Shown here piece after piece: positions 7,896 through 16,442 of a stretch of 64,000 nucleotides of DNA (its first letter is position 1; the number at the start of each line of letters is the position of its first letter). The stretch is taken from positions 12,941 through 76,940 of the IMG/VR virus record IMGVR_UViG_3300038379_000741. One strand, given 5' to 3'. The notes beneath the pieces are model-generated. The model was not told where the DNA came from, ran no database searches, and was given only the letters and a program-made list of their open reading frames with translations. A program made the position numbers and the translations under genes. The stretch is from a virus.

Positions 7896-8276
7896 ATGAA
7901 ACGCACCGTCACGATTGTGTTCGAGGTCGACTTCGACGAGTTCGGAGACGAGAAGAACCCCAACTGGGACCCCAGGTTGGCGCCGCTCGACCGAACCGCC
8001 GAGGGAGCCATCGAGTATGCGGAAGCCTGCATGCTCGGTGAGGCCGATTGGCCGGCAGCCGGCAGCCGTCACGATCTCGTGCGACGACGCGAACAAGCGG
8101 TTCGAGCCATGAGCAAACCGCCTCTCTGCGAGGGTCTTCGGTGTAAGCCCAAAGGAACGCGGTTCTTGTCTGCGGGCCTGGATGTCTTGATCCTCGGCGG
8201 TCCGTACCCCTCGTCCGCCGAGGAGCTGCCGCCCATGTGGCATGTCCGCATTATCTCCGACGAGGCGCGCTACTAA
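7896..8276 (+). CDS. Hypothetical protein (126 aa)
   Basis: ORF lying between two copies of an MSAKGRGP start. Confidence 0.45.
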   Translation: MKRTVTIVFEVDFDEFGDEKNPNWDPRLAPLDRTAEGAIEYAEACMLGEADWPAAGSRHDLVRRREQAVRAMSKPPLCEGLRCKPKGTRFLSAGLDVLILGGPYPSSAEELPPMWHVRIISDEARY

Positions 8277-8323
8277 GGGCTCGCCGGCCTCTACTATGTC
8301 CGCGAGGATTGCTTGGTGTCGAC

Positions 8324-8677
8324 GTGAGCGCCAAGGGACGAGGCCCGCGCGCCGCAGCCGCCGGCCACTATGCTACCCCGGAGTTCGCGACGCGCGTGCT
8401 CCTCAACCGACTCCCGGACCTCAACAACCACGTCGTCCTCGACCTCGGGTGCGGGACCGGTGCCATCGCGCGGGTCATCCAGAAGCGCTATCCGCTCGCC
8501 AAGCTCCTCGGGCTCGAGCTGAACCCACGCGTCGCCCGCCAGGCCGCCAAGAACGTCGAGTGGTCGGAGCCGATCCTGATCGGCGACGTCCGGAACCTCC
8601 AGCCCGGTATGTTCTCGACATCTTCTTCCTCTGCTGAAGCGAACCTTCTAGATTGGGATGGCCATGCCCCTCATTGA
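8324..8677 (+). pseudogene. Truncated SAM-dependent (DNA) methyltransferase
   Basis: HYATPEF...VVLDLGCGTGAI...GLEL (SAM-binding motif I), but the ORF ends before any NPPY/DPPY-type catalytic motif. Confidence 0.6.
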
Positions 8678-8975
8678 CTCCCTCGTCCTCAAGGACGGGC
8701 AGATCATCGCCCGCGTCCGCCTCGACCGAACCGAGATCGTCCGCCATGGCGACGTCTTCCCACACTTCGAGGGCGTCCGGTACCGGGCCCTCGGTGCCAT
8801 GACGCTCGTTGACGGCCCCGACGGGGAGTGGCGGATGACCGAGCACGTCGGCGTCGAGACCCGGATCGTCGAGGTCGTGGTCCGGCGCTGGGACACGGTC
8901 GCGGCCCTGCCGTGGTCGTCGAGGAAGCGCCGAGGTGGTCGCGGACCCAACGGCGCGCCATCTTCGGGCCCATGA
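8664..8975 (+). CDS. Hypothetical protein (~103 aa)
   Basis: GC3-rich ORF coupled to the next gene. Confidence 0.5.
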   Translation: MPLIDSLVLKDGQIIARVRLDRTEIVRHGDVFPHFEGVRYRALGAMTLVDGPDGEWRMTEHVGVETRIVEVVVRRWDTVAALPWSSRKRRGGRGPNGAPSSGP

Positions 8976-9544
8976 CAACCCGAGAGACCATCTCGAAGGC
9001 CGTGACGGCCTGGATGACCGAGCACTTCGAGAAGCCCACCGTGGATCGCATCCACGAGTTCATGGACAAGACCCGCTCGCTCGAGGCCCTCGTCGAGAAG
9101 CTCGTCTTTGCCGAGCGCGTCTCCAGTGCCCCGCCCGAATTCATCCGCGGCCTCGACCTCGGCGAGCTGATCGACGTGCTCGAGAAGGCCCACCCCGACG
9201 CCGCCGTCGTCTTCGACTTCGGCACCATTCGACCACGAGGCCTCCACAGCTATCGCGGCTACTACGAGGACCTCGCGATCGGCTACGCCGACCACGAAGA
9301 CTTCTACGAGCACGGGTGGATCCAACCCAACGCCAAGCTCTTCCGGGAGAGCCTCATCGGCGCCGTGGGCGGCACCTACACCGGCTACAAGGGTGGCGAA
9401 TACAAGATGCACCGCGGCTCTCGGGTGTGGGTTGACAACGTCGGGAATTGCAGCGGGGTCGCGATCGTCGACGTCGAGGTCGACGAATACTCGGACGGCA
9501 AGGGCGGTCGCGTCTTCTTGAGGACCTGGGCCATCGACCGCTGA
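8972..9544 (+). CDS. Conserved phage hypothetical protein (SYRGYY family)
   Basis: LHSYRGYYEDLAI...YTGYKGGEY...VWV motif that I recall from many phage hypothetical proteins. Confidence 0.6.
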   Translation: MTTRETISKAVTAWMTEHFEKPTVDRIHEFMDKTRSLEALVEKLVFAERVSSAPPEFIRGLDLGELIDVLEKAHPDAAVVFDFGTIRPRGLHSYRGYYEDLAIGYADHEDFYEHGWIQPNAKLFRESLIGAVGGTYTGYKGGEYKMHRGSRVWVDNVGNCSGVAIVDVEVDEYSDGKGGRVFLRTWAIDR

Positions 9545-9693
9545 TGCTCTACTGGCAAGCGTGGCTCGTGATGCACGACGACTGCGACAACCGCGGGGGA
9601 GCCTGCCCGACGTGCCGCTCCGGGGTCACGTTTTGGGAGTGGTTACCCAAGGTGACTGCGGCGGGCGGGTGGTGACCGCGCCATCTCGGATGC

Positions 9694-10209
9694 ATGGAAA
9701 CGAAGAACAACCCCGGCGCCTTTGACGGCTTGGAGCACGCCGCTCGGGTGGCCAAGCGCCCGACCTTCGAGGCCATCTCGATGGAGCTGGCTTTCGCGCT
9801 CTCCAGCCGTTCCACCTGCCGGCGGCTCGCGGTCGGGTGCGTGATCACCAGCACCGACCACCGCAAGGTCCTCTCGGTCGGGTACAACGGGAACGCCACG
9901 GGCCTCGACAACGACTGCGACGGTCACGAGCCCGGCAAGTGCGGCTGCCTGCACGCTGAGGAGAACGCCGTCATCAACGCCGACGTCCCCCGCTCTGTCG
10001 AGAAGTTCGTGTACTGCACCAACGAGCCCTGCGTGCTCTGCGCGAAACGGCTCATCAACCTCGGCGGAGTCCGTCGGGTCATGTTCGTCGAGCCCTACCG
10101 CTTGGGGGCGCGCGCCACACTCGCCCGAGCCGGCATCAAGGCCTTCCAGATGGACCCCATCACGCCAGAGAACCGGAGCGTCTGGGGGCACCGGGGAGTT
10201 TGGTGGTAA
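9694..10209 (+). CDS. dCMP deaminase
   Basis: STCRRLAVGCVI, GYNG, HAEENA and PCVLCAK Zn-deaminase motifs. Confidence 0.9.
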   Translation: METKNNPGAFDGLEHAARVAKRPTFEAISMELAFALSSRSTCRRLAVGCVITSTDHRKVLSVGYNGNATGLDNDCDGHEPGKCGCLHAEENAVINADVPRSVEKFVYCTNEPCVLCAKRLINLGGVRRVMFVEPYRLGARATLARAGIKAFQMDPITPENRSVWGHRGVWW

Positions 10210-10512
10210 ATGTTCGTCCACTGTCCCCTCTGCAACAAGGTGCTCGGCAACCTCCCCACCGAGCCCCGGGATCCTTGGGACGAGCTGGTCAAGAACCACT
10301 TCGCGGATTGCCCGGTCCGGACGGCCGGCGAGCGCATTGAGCGGCTGGAGTTGGACAACCTCGCCCTCCAGGAGAACCTCGGCCAAGCCCTCGGCCGCCT
10401 CGCCCGCCTCGAGAAGGCCTTCGCCGAGCACGGCATCGACGATCTGCTCGCCGGAAAGTTTCCGCCCGAGGGGGCATGTCCTGAGTGCGGGCACCACGAG
10501 GTACGAAAATGA
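10210..10512 (+). CDS. Zn-finger/coiled-coil hypothetical protein
   Basis: CPLC...HFADC and a C-terminal CPECGH. Confidence 0.6.
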   Translation: MFVHCPLCNKVLGNLPTEPRDPWDELVKNHFADCPVRTAGERIERLELDNLALQENLGQALGRLARLEKAFAEHGIDDLLAGKFPPEGACPECGHHEVRK

Positions 10513-12236
10513 AACGCATGGCCAAGAGAAAGTTGCTTGACGGGACCGCTGCGTCCATGTTCAGTAAACGCATGGAATTGGAGGCACGTCGGCAGGAGCT
10601 TCAAATGGCGCTCGACGCAGACCGTTCCCAAGAAGAGCGGAACAAACTCGGGCAGTTCGCCACTCCTCTCGAGCTGGCGCGCGAAGTGGCTCGTGCAGCC
10701 CTCAACTACCTCAGGGGGCCAATTCGGTTTTTCGACCCCTCAATTGGGTCGGGTTCGTTCTTCTCTGCACTCCTCAACGAGCGCGGTCATCGAAAGCTCG
10801 CGTCCGCCCGAGGCATCGAGTTGGACGAGCGTTTTGTCAAGGCCGCCCGCAACCTATGGTCCGACGCCGGCCTCGTGGTGAATAACGGGGACTTCACGAA
10901 GTTGAAGCCACATACCGAGAACGCGACGCGCGCTACTCTCGTCTTGGCAAACCCGCCGTACGTCCGACATCACCATCTTGACCGGGAACAGAAGATCGGG
11001 CTCCAACGACGCGCCGAATCAATGCTGCGCTGCAAGGTGAGCGGGCTTTCGGGGCTCTATGTTTATTTCGTGCTCCTAACGCACGAATGGATGTCTGACG
11101 ACGGCGTTGCCGCTTGGCTGATCCCGAGCGAGTGGATGGACGTGAATTATGGGGCAGCTCTCAAAGAGTACTTATGCTCTCGCGTTACGCTTCTTCGGGT
11201 ACACCGCTTCGATGCAGCCGACGTGCAGTTCAAGGATGCGCTCGTCTCATCGGCGGTCGTCTTGTTCCGCAAGCGGGAGGCACCCAAAGGAGGTGTATGC
11301 GACATGACTGTAGGCTCTCTTTCGGCGCCGGTTCGGAGCCAGCAAATCTCCCTTACCGAGCTTCGACACGCTCCGAAATGGAGCTTTTATTTCCGCCCAA
11401 ACGGACAAGAACACAAGATGGACGTTCCAACTGTGACGCTCGGCGACCTATTTGACGTCAAGCGAGGGATTGCTACCGGAGCAAATGACTTCTTCGTCCG
11501 ACCCCGCGCGGAGTTCCAGGCGATCGGGATTCCCGACAAGTTTCTCCGACCCGTACTTCCTTCCTCCCGCCACCTCACGGGAGCGGTCATTGAGCGCGGC
11601 CCAGATGGCTATCCCAAACTTGAAGTTCCTCTCGCACTCCTTGACTGCAACCTTCCGGAGGAGCAAGTCAGGAAGGCGTTCCCGAAGTTGTGGAGCTACC
11701 TCGAATCGCCCGAAGGGCAGCAGGTTCGTACCGGGTATCTCACAAGCGGGCGGCGACCCTGGTACTCACAGGAGCAACGTGCATCAGCTCCCATCGTCGC
11801 GACATACATGGGGCGTGGCGGCCGAATGACGAAGCCGTTCAAGTTCTTCTGGAATCGCTCAGATGCAACGGCCACGAACGTGTACTTGATGCTAATCCCG
11901 AAGGGCGAGATCGCCGACGTATTAGGCGCGGAACCGGAGAAGGCGAAGGCCATCCGCGCGTTCCTCGACGAGACCGACGTTTCGGAGCTTCTCGGCCACG
12001 GCCGCGTTTACGGCGGTGGCCTTCACAAGCTCGAACCGAAAGAACTGGGGCGGCTGGACGCCTCTCGGCTGGTTCGTGATCTGGGTCTCGCGGTCAGTTT
12101 GCACCCTTCGTGGCGATCCCGAGGAGCGCGCACTCGGCCGCGACCTCGGCGTGCGCCTGGGCGAGGGCTTCCGCCTCCTCGCTCTCGCGCGCAGCACGGT
12201 CCTCTGCGAGCGCGGCCTCCCGCTCACTCGCGGTGA
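10509..12236 (+). CDS. Orphan N6-adenine DNA methyltransferase (Eco57I/TaqI-class, XamI-associated-like)
   Basis: GQFATP, FFDPSIGSGSF, NPPYVRH, LYVYF, RGIATGANDFF and YGGGLHKLEPKEL motifs. Codon usage is more AT-rich than the flanks. Confidence 0.88.
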   Translation: MKRMAKRKLLDGTAASMFSKRMELEARRQELQMALDADRSQEERNKLGQFATPLELAREVARAALNYLRGPIRFFDPSIGSGSFFSALLNERGHRKLASARGIELDERFVKAARNLWSDAGLVVNNGDFTKLKPHTENATRATLVLANPPYVRHHHLDREQKIGLQRRAESMLRCKVSGLSGLYVYFVLLTHEWMSDDGVAAWLIPSEWMDVNYGAALKEYLCSRVTLLRVHRFDAADVQFKDALVSSAVVLFRKREAPKGGVCDMTVGSLSAPVRSQQISLTELRHAPKWSFYFRPNGQEHKMDVPTVTLGDLFDVKRGIATGANDFFVRPRAEFQAIGIPDKFLRPVLPSSRHLTGAVIERGPDGYPKLEVPLALLDCNLPEEQVRKAFPKLWSYLESPEGQQVRTGYLTSGRRPWYSQEQRASAPIVATYMGRGGRMTKPFKFFWNRSDATATNVYLMLIPKGEIADVLGAEPEKAKAIRAFLDETDVSELLGHGRVYGGGLHKLEPKELGRLDASRLVRDLGLAVSLHPSWRSRGARTRPRPRRAPGRGLPPPRSRAQHGPLRARPPAHSR

Positions 12237-12273
12237 GGCGCTCCCAGATCGACTGGAGGTGCTCTCGACTCAT
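12094..12273 (-). CDS. Small helical hypothetical protein (59 aa)
   Basis: MSREHLQSIWERLTASEREAALAED... is a protein-like frame, divergent from the gene at 12379 across the palindrome. Confidence 0.4.
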   Translation of the reverse strand: MSREHLQSIWERLTASEREAALAEDRAARESEEAEALAQAHAEVAAECALLGIATKGAN

Positions 12274-12315
12274 GCCCATCATCTTACGCCCTGCCCGACG
12301 TCCTCGCAAGGGAGC

Positions 12316-12337
12316 GACGTCCCCGCGCGGGGACGTC
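12316..12337. repeat. Perfect 22-bp palindrome, copy 1
   Basis: GACGTCCCCGCGCGGGGACGTC, identical at 22296 and 51592. Confidence 0.95.
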
Positions 12338-12378
12338 AGCTTCCGCTCATCACCACCCTCGGCGCCATCTCCCTCCCC

Positions 12379-13041
12379 ATGGATGAGTACCGCCTCGAGG
12401 TGATGCCGGAGGGTGCCGATGACTGGGTCCTGCTCCAGAAGTGCTCGGGACCGATCCCCAAGGTGGGTGACACCATCAACGTCTACAGCGATCGACTCCC
12501 CCACGAGCGCACCTACTTCAACGTCGTCGACGTCCTGCATCACATGAACGCGTTTGGGCTCGATTCGGGCGAGACAGCCGCGGTATCGGAGATCTACGTC
12601 CACCTCGAGCCCGTCGACAGCGAGCCCCTGCGCCTCCTCTGCGACTGCGACGAGACCTGCTGGCGAGCCCACGGCATCGACGCCGACGACGAGTGCGGCT
12701 TCTGCGGCCTGCTCCGTCCCACCCCCCGCCCGAAGTGGAACAAGACCTCCGACCAGTGCTGGATCGCCAACGTCGACGTCCCCAGGCTCCAGGTCGTCGA
12801 GTCCGAGGACCCCGCCGAGCCTCGCGCCCAGATCCCCTACGTCCGGAAGGGCGTGGCCCGGCTGGTGGTCGAGAAGACGCCCGGCACCCAGGGCCAGTTC
12901 CGCTGGTGCGTGATCCTCGAGTCCGAGATCGAGCGCTACAGCGACAACCTCGGGGGTCACGAGGACTTCGCGGCTCGGGGATGCTCTCGCACCGCCGAGG
13001 GCGCACGCCAAGCCGCTATGGCTGCCGAGAAGCACGTCTGA
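12379..13041 (+). CDS. Hypothetical protein (220 aa)
   Basis: GC3-rich portion of ORF 12016-13041, with CDC...C...CGFC Cys motifs. Confidence 0.6.
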   Translation: MDEYRLEVMPEGADDWVLLQKCSGPIPKVGDTINVYSDRLPHERTYFNVVDVLHHMNAFGLDSGETAAVSEIYVHLEPVDSEPLRLLCDCDETCWRAHGIDADDECGFCGLLRPTPRPKWNKTSDQCWIANVDVPRLQVVESEDPAEPRAQIPYVRKGVARLVVEKTPGTQGQFRWCVILESEIERYSDNLGGHEDFAARGCSRTAEGARQAAMAAEKHV

Positions 13042-13529
13042 TGGGCAAGGTCTGGCTCGTCGGCGAGGACAACCCGTACGGGTCCGATCCCAAGTACGCC
13101 CTCTACCCCTACCCGGAACGCGCGAGCGGCCACCGCCTCATGGAGATCCTCGGACTCTCGCTCCGCGAGTACCTGGGCCCCAACATCCAGCGCCGCAACC
13201 TCTGCCGGCGCAAGTGGAACGCCAAGGAGGCCGCCAAGGCCGCCGAGACCCTCCTCGAAGAGGCAGAGGGCCAGCCGATGGTGTTGCTCGGCCGCAAGGT
13301 CGCGGGCGCCTTCCTGGTCGCCAATCAACCCCCCTTCACGACCACGACGTCCGCGGACCTGAGCCGCCTGATGGGCCGCGCTCGTGGCCCCCTCTTCGCC
13401 CATGTCTGCCGGTCCGTCCTGCTCCTGCTCCCGCACCCGTCGGGACGCTGCCGGGACTGGAACGTCGCCGGTAGCCGCGACCGCGCGCGGATCGCAGTCC
13501 ACCGCCTCCGCTTCCCAGAGTCCTCCTGA
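13041..13529 (+). CDS. Uracil-DNA glycosylase superfamily protein
   Basis: N-terminal LVGEDNP, SGHRL, RRNLC, VLLGRKVA and C-terminal LPHPSG motifs of the UDG-like fold. Confidence 0.65.
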   Translation: MGKVWLVGEDNPYGSDPKYALYPYPERASGHRLMEILGLSLREYLGPNIQRRNLCRRKWNAKEAAKAAETLLEEAEGQPMVLLGRKVAGAFLVANQPPFTTTTSADLSRLMGRARGPLFAHVCRSVLLLLPHPSGRCRDWNVAGSRDRARIAVHRLRFPESS

Positions 13530-13619
13530 AAAGAGTAAAAAAGACTTGACGAACGTTCGTAGGAGCTTTATGGTCTGAGAGGTCGAGGCGAGGAACCGCG
13601 ACGAACCGGAGGACGGAAC
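13528..13619 (+). promoter_or_regulatory. Early sigma70-like promoter P3 with related leader
   Basis: TTGACG (13546-13551), 17-bp spacer, TATGGT (13569-13574). Nearly identical to P1 and ends in ACCGGAGGACGG before the ATG. Confidence 0.85.
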
Positions 13620-13808
13620 ATGGACGCATCGAAGTCGATCAGGGTCACGGACGAGCAGACGCAGAAGGCCGAGATCGTCACGGCGGTGGTCTTCTGCAAG
13701 ACCCTGTCGCGCTTCTTCTCGGACGACGAGATCGACGCCCTCGAGGCCGGCGACTGCGTCACGGTCGAGACCAACAGCGCCGTCGTCACCTGCGAGGTGG
13801 TCCGGTGA
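13620..13808 (+). CDS. Small early protein (62 aa)
   Basis: Directly follows P3 and its RBS. Confidence 0.6.
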   Translation: MDASKSIRVTDEQTQKAEIVTAVVFCKTLSRFFSDDEIDALEAGDCVTVETNSAVVTCEVVR

Positions 13809-14179
13809 GCCGCACCATCCAGCGCAATCCCTCCCTCCTCCGCGAGGCCGCGGCGCGCGCGGCCGGGGTCGGGGTCGACCGCCAAACCTACCCCTGCATC
13901 CACGCCCTCGAGCCCGGGACCGCGGCCCAGCACGCCGACGACCTCCTCCGACAGGCCGAGGAGTCGAAGCCGCTCACCAAGAAGAACCAGGTCAAACTCT
14001 CCATCATGGGCTTCTCGACCCGGGTGCGGAAGGACGGCACGCGGGTGCGGAAGGCGACGCCGCTGCCGCTCTACGTGGCCACGGAGCCCAAGGCCCGTCC
14101 TCCAATTCCCTGCAAGGTGTGCGGGGCGCCGGAGAAGGCCACGAAGGCCGCGGGCTGCGACTACCTCGAGGCGCCATGA
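13805..14179 (+). CDS. Hypothetical protein with C-terminal CxxC...C
   Basis: GTGA overlap with the upstream gene. Confidence 0.55.
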   Translation: MSRTIQRNPSLLREAAARAAGVGVDRQTYPCIHALEPGTAAQHADDLLRQAEESKPLTKKNQVKLSIMGFSTRVRKDGTRVRKATPLPLYVATEPKARPPIPCKVCGAPEKATKAAGCDYLEAP

Positions 14180-14559
14180 AGCCCTCGCTCCTCTACGACC
14201 TCCGAGCCCTCTGCGAACGAGAGGCCGAGGAGTTCCCGGACGGTCACCCCGAGCGCGAGCACCTGCTCGGCATCGCCGGAGACCTCCAGGGCCGCATCAA
14301 CGAGCACGCCCTCGCCGAGGTCGAGCGCGTCCTTCGAGCCGGCAAGCCGATCCTGCACACCTACGCGAGCGTCGGAGCCTCCGACGTCCCGGCCGAACGC
14401 GCCAACGGCGGCCTCGTCGTCGTCGTCTACGACGTCTTCGAGCCCGGCCCGGGCGTCGACGTCCTCCGCACCAACGACGTCACCGCGGCCGCCCAGGCCT
14501 TCATCCGCGAGGTCGGCGCCTGGAACGTCTTCACCCTCCTCGAAGAAAAAGGACTCTGA
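14176..14559 (+). CDS. Hypothetical protein (127 aa)
   Basis: ATGA overlap. GC3-rich frame. Confidence 0.55.
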   Translation: MKPSLLYDLRALCEREAEEFPDGHPEREHLLGIAGDLQGRINEHALAEVERVLRAGKPILHTYASVGASDVPAERANGGLVVVVYDVFEPGPGVDVLRTNDVTAAAQAFIREVGAWNVFTLLEEKGL

Positions 14560-14560
14560 G

Positions 14561-14611
14561 GAAAAGAAAAAGACTTGACGATCATTCGTAGAGGCGGTGA
14601 TGGGCATCACC
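14561..14611 (+). promoter_or_regulatory. Promoter-like copy P4 with a palindrome over the -10 position
   Basis: A-tract plus TTGACG (14575-14580) plus ATCATTCGTAG. The -10 position is occupied by GGTGATG-GG-CATCACC (14596-14611). Confidence 0.55.
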
Positions 14612-14684
14612 TTAAAGTCGATCGGGGTCAAGGAGGTCGAGGACGTCGACGACATCAAACGAGGAAAGCCGCAATGACCCGCGC

Positions 14685-15197
14685 ATGAGTACCGATCAGC
14701 CACGGGCGAAAGCGCGTCCAGATCGGCAACCCCGTCACCTGGCAGGTCCCGGACGCCTTCCGGGAGCTGATAGGCCGGCCGGCAACGCCATCCTCCGGAC
14801 GTTCGACCGCATGAGGGTCTCCGAGGACGAGATCGTCGACGCCAAGGGTCGGCACCCCGCCCAAGCCGACCGGGTCTGGAAGTCGTTCAAGCTCCTGCGT
14901 CCGACCTTCGACCTCAGCGACGCCGTCTACCGGCACCACTGCCGCGAGATCCTCGACCGCGTCGCCGCCGAGGAGGATACCCGTCCGGGAACGAAGGCCG
15001 AGGTCCTCGCCGCCATCTCGGCCATGACCCTCAAGTCCCGGCTCGACCGAGACGTCGAGCTGCTCGGCCTCCGACTCTGCGACGAGATCTGCGACAGCGA
15101 CCTCGCCGAGGAGCGCGCCGAGGAGATCCCCGAGCACTGCGAGACCCTCCTCGCCGAGTTCCGCAAGAAGCTCCGCCAGGCCGACCGCGTCATCTGA
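14685..15197 (+). CDS. Hypothetical protein (170 aa), N-terminus possibly frameshift-scrambled
   Basis: The C-terminal ~140 aa are GC3-rich, whereas the first ~30 codons are not. Confidence 0.55.
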   Translation: MSTDQPRAKARPDRQPRHLAGPGRLPGADRPAGNAILRTFDRMRVSEDEIVDAKGRHPAQADRVWKSFKLLRPTFDLSDAVYRHHCREILDRVAAEEDTRPGTKAEVLAAISAMTLKSRLDRDVELLGLRLCDEICDSDLAEERAEEIPEHCETLLAEFRKKLRQADRVI

Positions 15198-15204
15198 GTC
15201 CGTC

Positions 15205-15630
15205 ATGGCCGAGATGGAGACGACCGCGATGATGCGGCGCTGCAAGCAGTGCGGCGCCCGGCTCGAGCACAACCCGACCGGGATCTATTGTGGAGCGGCG
15301 TGCTGCGCGATGGCGGAGGCGCACGAGCCCGTCAACTATTCCAGGCTCCTCGGCCTCGCCGAGCATGACCTCGCCGACCTCCGCAAGAGGGTCGCCGCCC
15401 TCGAGGTCGAGCTGATCTCCGTCGTCATCGAGCGCAATACCTACCGCGAGACCTGCAAGAACGCCCAGGAGCGCGGGACCGTCAAGCACGAGCAGGTCGT
15501 GCGCGTACGCAACCTCCTGCGACGCGTTCGCACGGAGATTCTCCTCTACGTAGATCGGGGAATCGATCCGCGACTCATCGAGGAGTTGTCCCAATCCATC
15601 GACGCCGAGCTGGCCAGGAGCATCGATTGA
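15205..15630 (+). CDS. Zn-ribbon/coiled-coil hypothetical protein
   Basis: CKQCG...YCGAAC followed by heptad repeats. Confidence 0.6.
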   Translation: MAEMETTAMMRRCKQCGARLEHNPTGIYCGAACCAMAEAHEPVNYSRLLGLAEHDLADLRKRVAALEVELISVVIERNTYRETCKNAQERGTVKHEQVVRVRNLLRRVRTEILLYVDRGIDPRLIEELSQSIDAELARSID

Positions 15631-15797
15631 TGAGCGACTGCTTCAACTGCGGTTCTCTGTCGGCTACGTGCACGTGCAACCTCTCGCGCGAGCAGGCTGC
15701 CGAGCGGCTTCGTCTAAAGAACTGCAACCATAAGAAACCGCACTCCACATGGGAGGGCTGTGCATTGGCTACCGCTCGCGGGGAGCCGAAGCGATGA
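15630..15797 (+). CDS. Small Cys-rich protein (55 aa)
   Basis: Translated by hand as MSDCFNCGSLSATCTC...; overlaps both neighbours (TGATG, ATGA). Confidence 0.45.
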   Translation: MSDCFNCGSLSATCTCNLSREQAAERLRLKNCNHKKPHSTWEGCALATARGEPKR

Positions 15798-16252
15798 CTC
15801 TCACCACCGCCATCGTGATGGGCGTCACCCTCGCCGCCACGCCCCCGATCGCGATGCTGGCCGAGCACTACTTCGGCAAGCGCCGCCGAGCCCGCATCGT
15901 CGCCCACTTGGCCGTCCAGGGCGAGCGCACCACCTACCAGCTCCGCGAGGTCTTCGGCCACACCGTCTACGTCGACCTCCACGTCCTCGAGGATGACGGC
16001 GTGCTCGAGCGGCGCCTCCGGAAGTTCTGCGGCCTGCCCGGCTGCGAGATCGGCCCCGACCACGAGCACGGGCACTCGGTCTACACGGCGTCCGGGGATG
16101 TGCGGGGCGTCCGCGAGGTCGCCGTCTACCGCCTCGTTCAGTGGACGGCTCGCGATCGGATGGCCGAGGCTGCGCGACGAGCAGCGCCCACGCCCACGAG
16201 CCGGGCGGTCTCGGCATCGCGCGCCGCGTCCGAGCAAGATTGGGAGGAGTGA
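15794..16252 (+). CDS. Membrane-anchored hypothetical protein (possible wHTH)
   Basis: Hydrophobic N-terminus, then TTYQLREVF...YVDLHVLEDDGVL. Confidence 0.5.
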   Translation: MTLTTAIVMGVTLAATPPIAMLAEHYFGKRRRARIVAHLAVQGERTTYQLREVFGHTVYVDLHVLEDDGVLERRLRKFCGLPGCEIGPDHEHGHSVYTASGDVRGVREVAVYRLVQWTARDRMAEAARRAAPTPTSRAVSASRAASEQDWEE

Positions 16253-16442
16253 TGGGGTCACACATCGTCGAGGGGGAGTTCCCGAGAACTCGGCGTCGAC
16301 GTCCTCGCGCCGACGTCGCCGTCCTCCACGACTGCATCGCCGTTCTCGGTAAGAAGGTCTGCGAACTGCTGGACCGCGAGGCACTTGCCTCCAAAGTCAG
16401 ACCGTTGCAGACTCCCGGGTCAACCTGAGCCGGAGGAGCACC

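Noticed and set aside
5700-7900. tracrRNA/anti-repeat or IS200/IS605 (TnpB) transposon ends around the effector
   Set aside because: No extended anti-repeat, no tnpA and no obvious subterminal hairpins were seen. The TTGAAGG in spacer 1 is only 7 nt complementary to the repeat.
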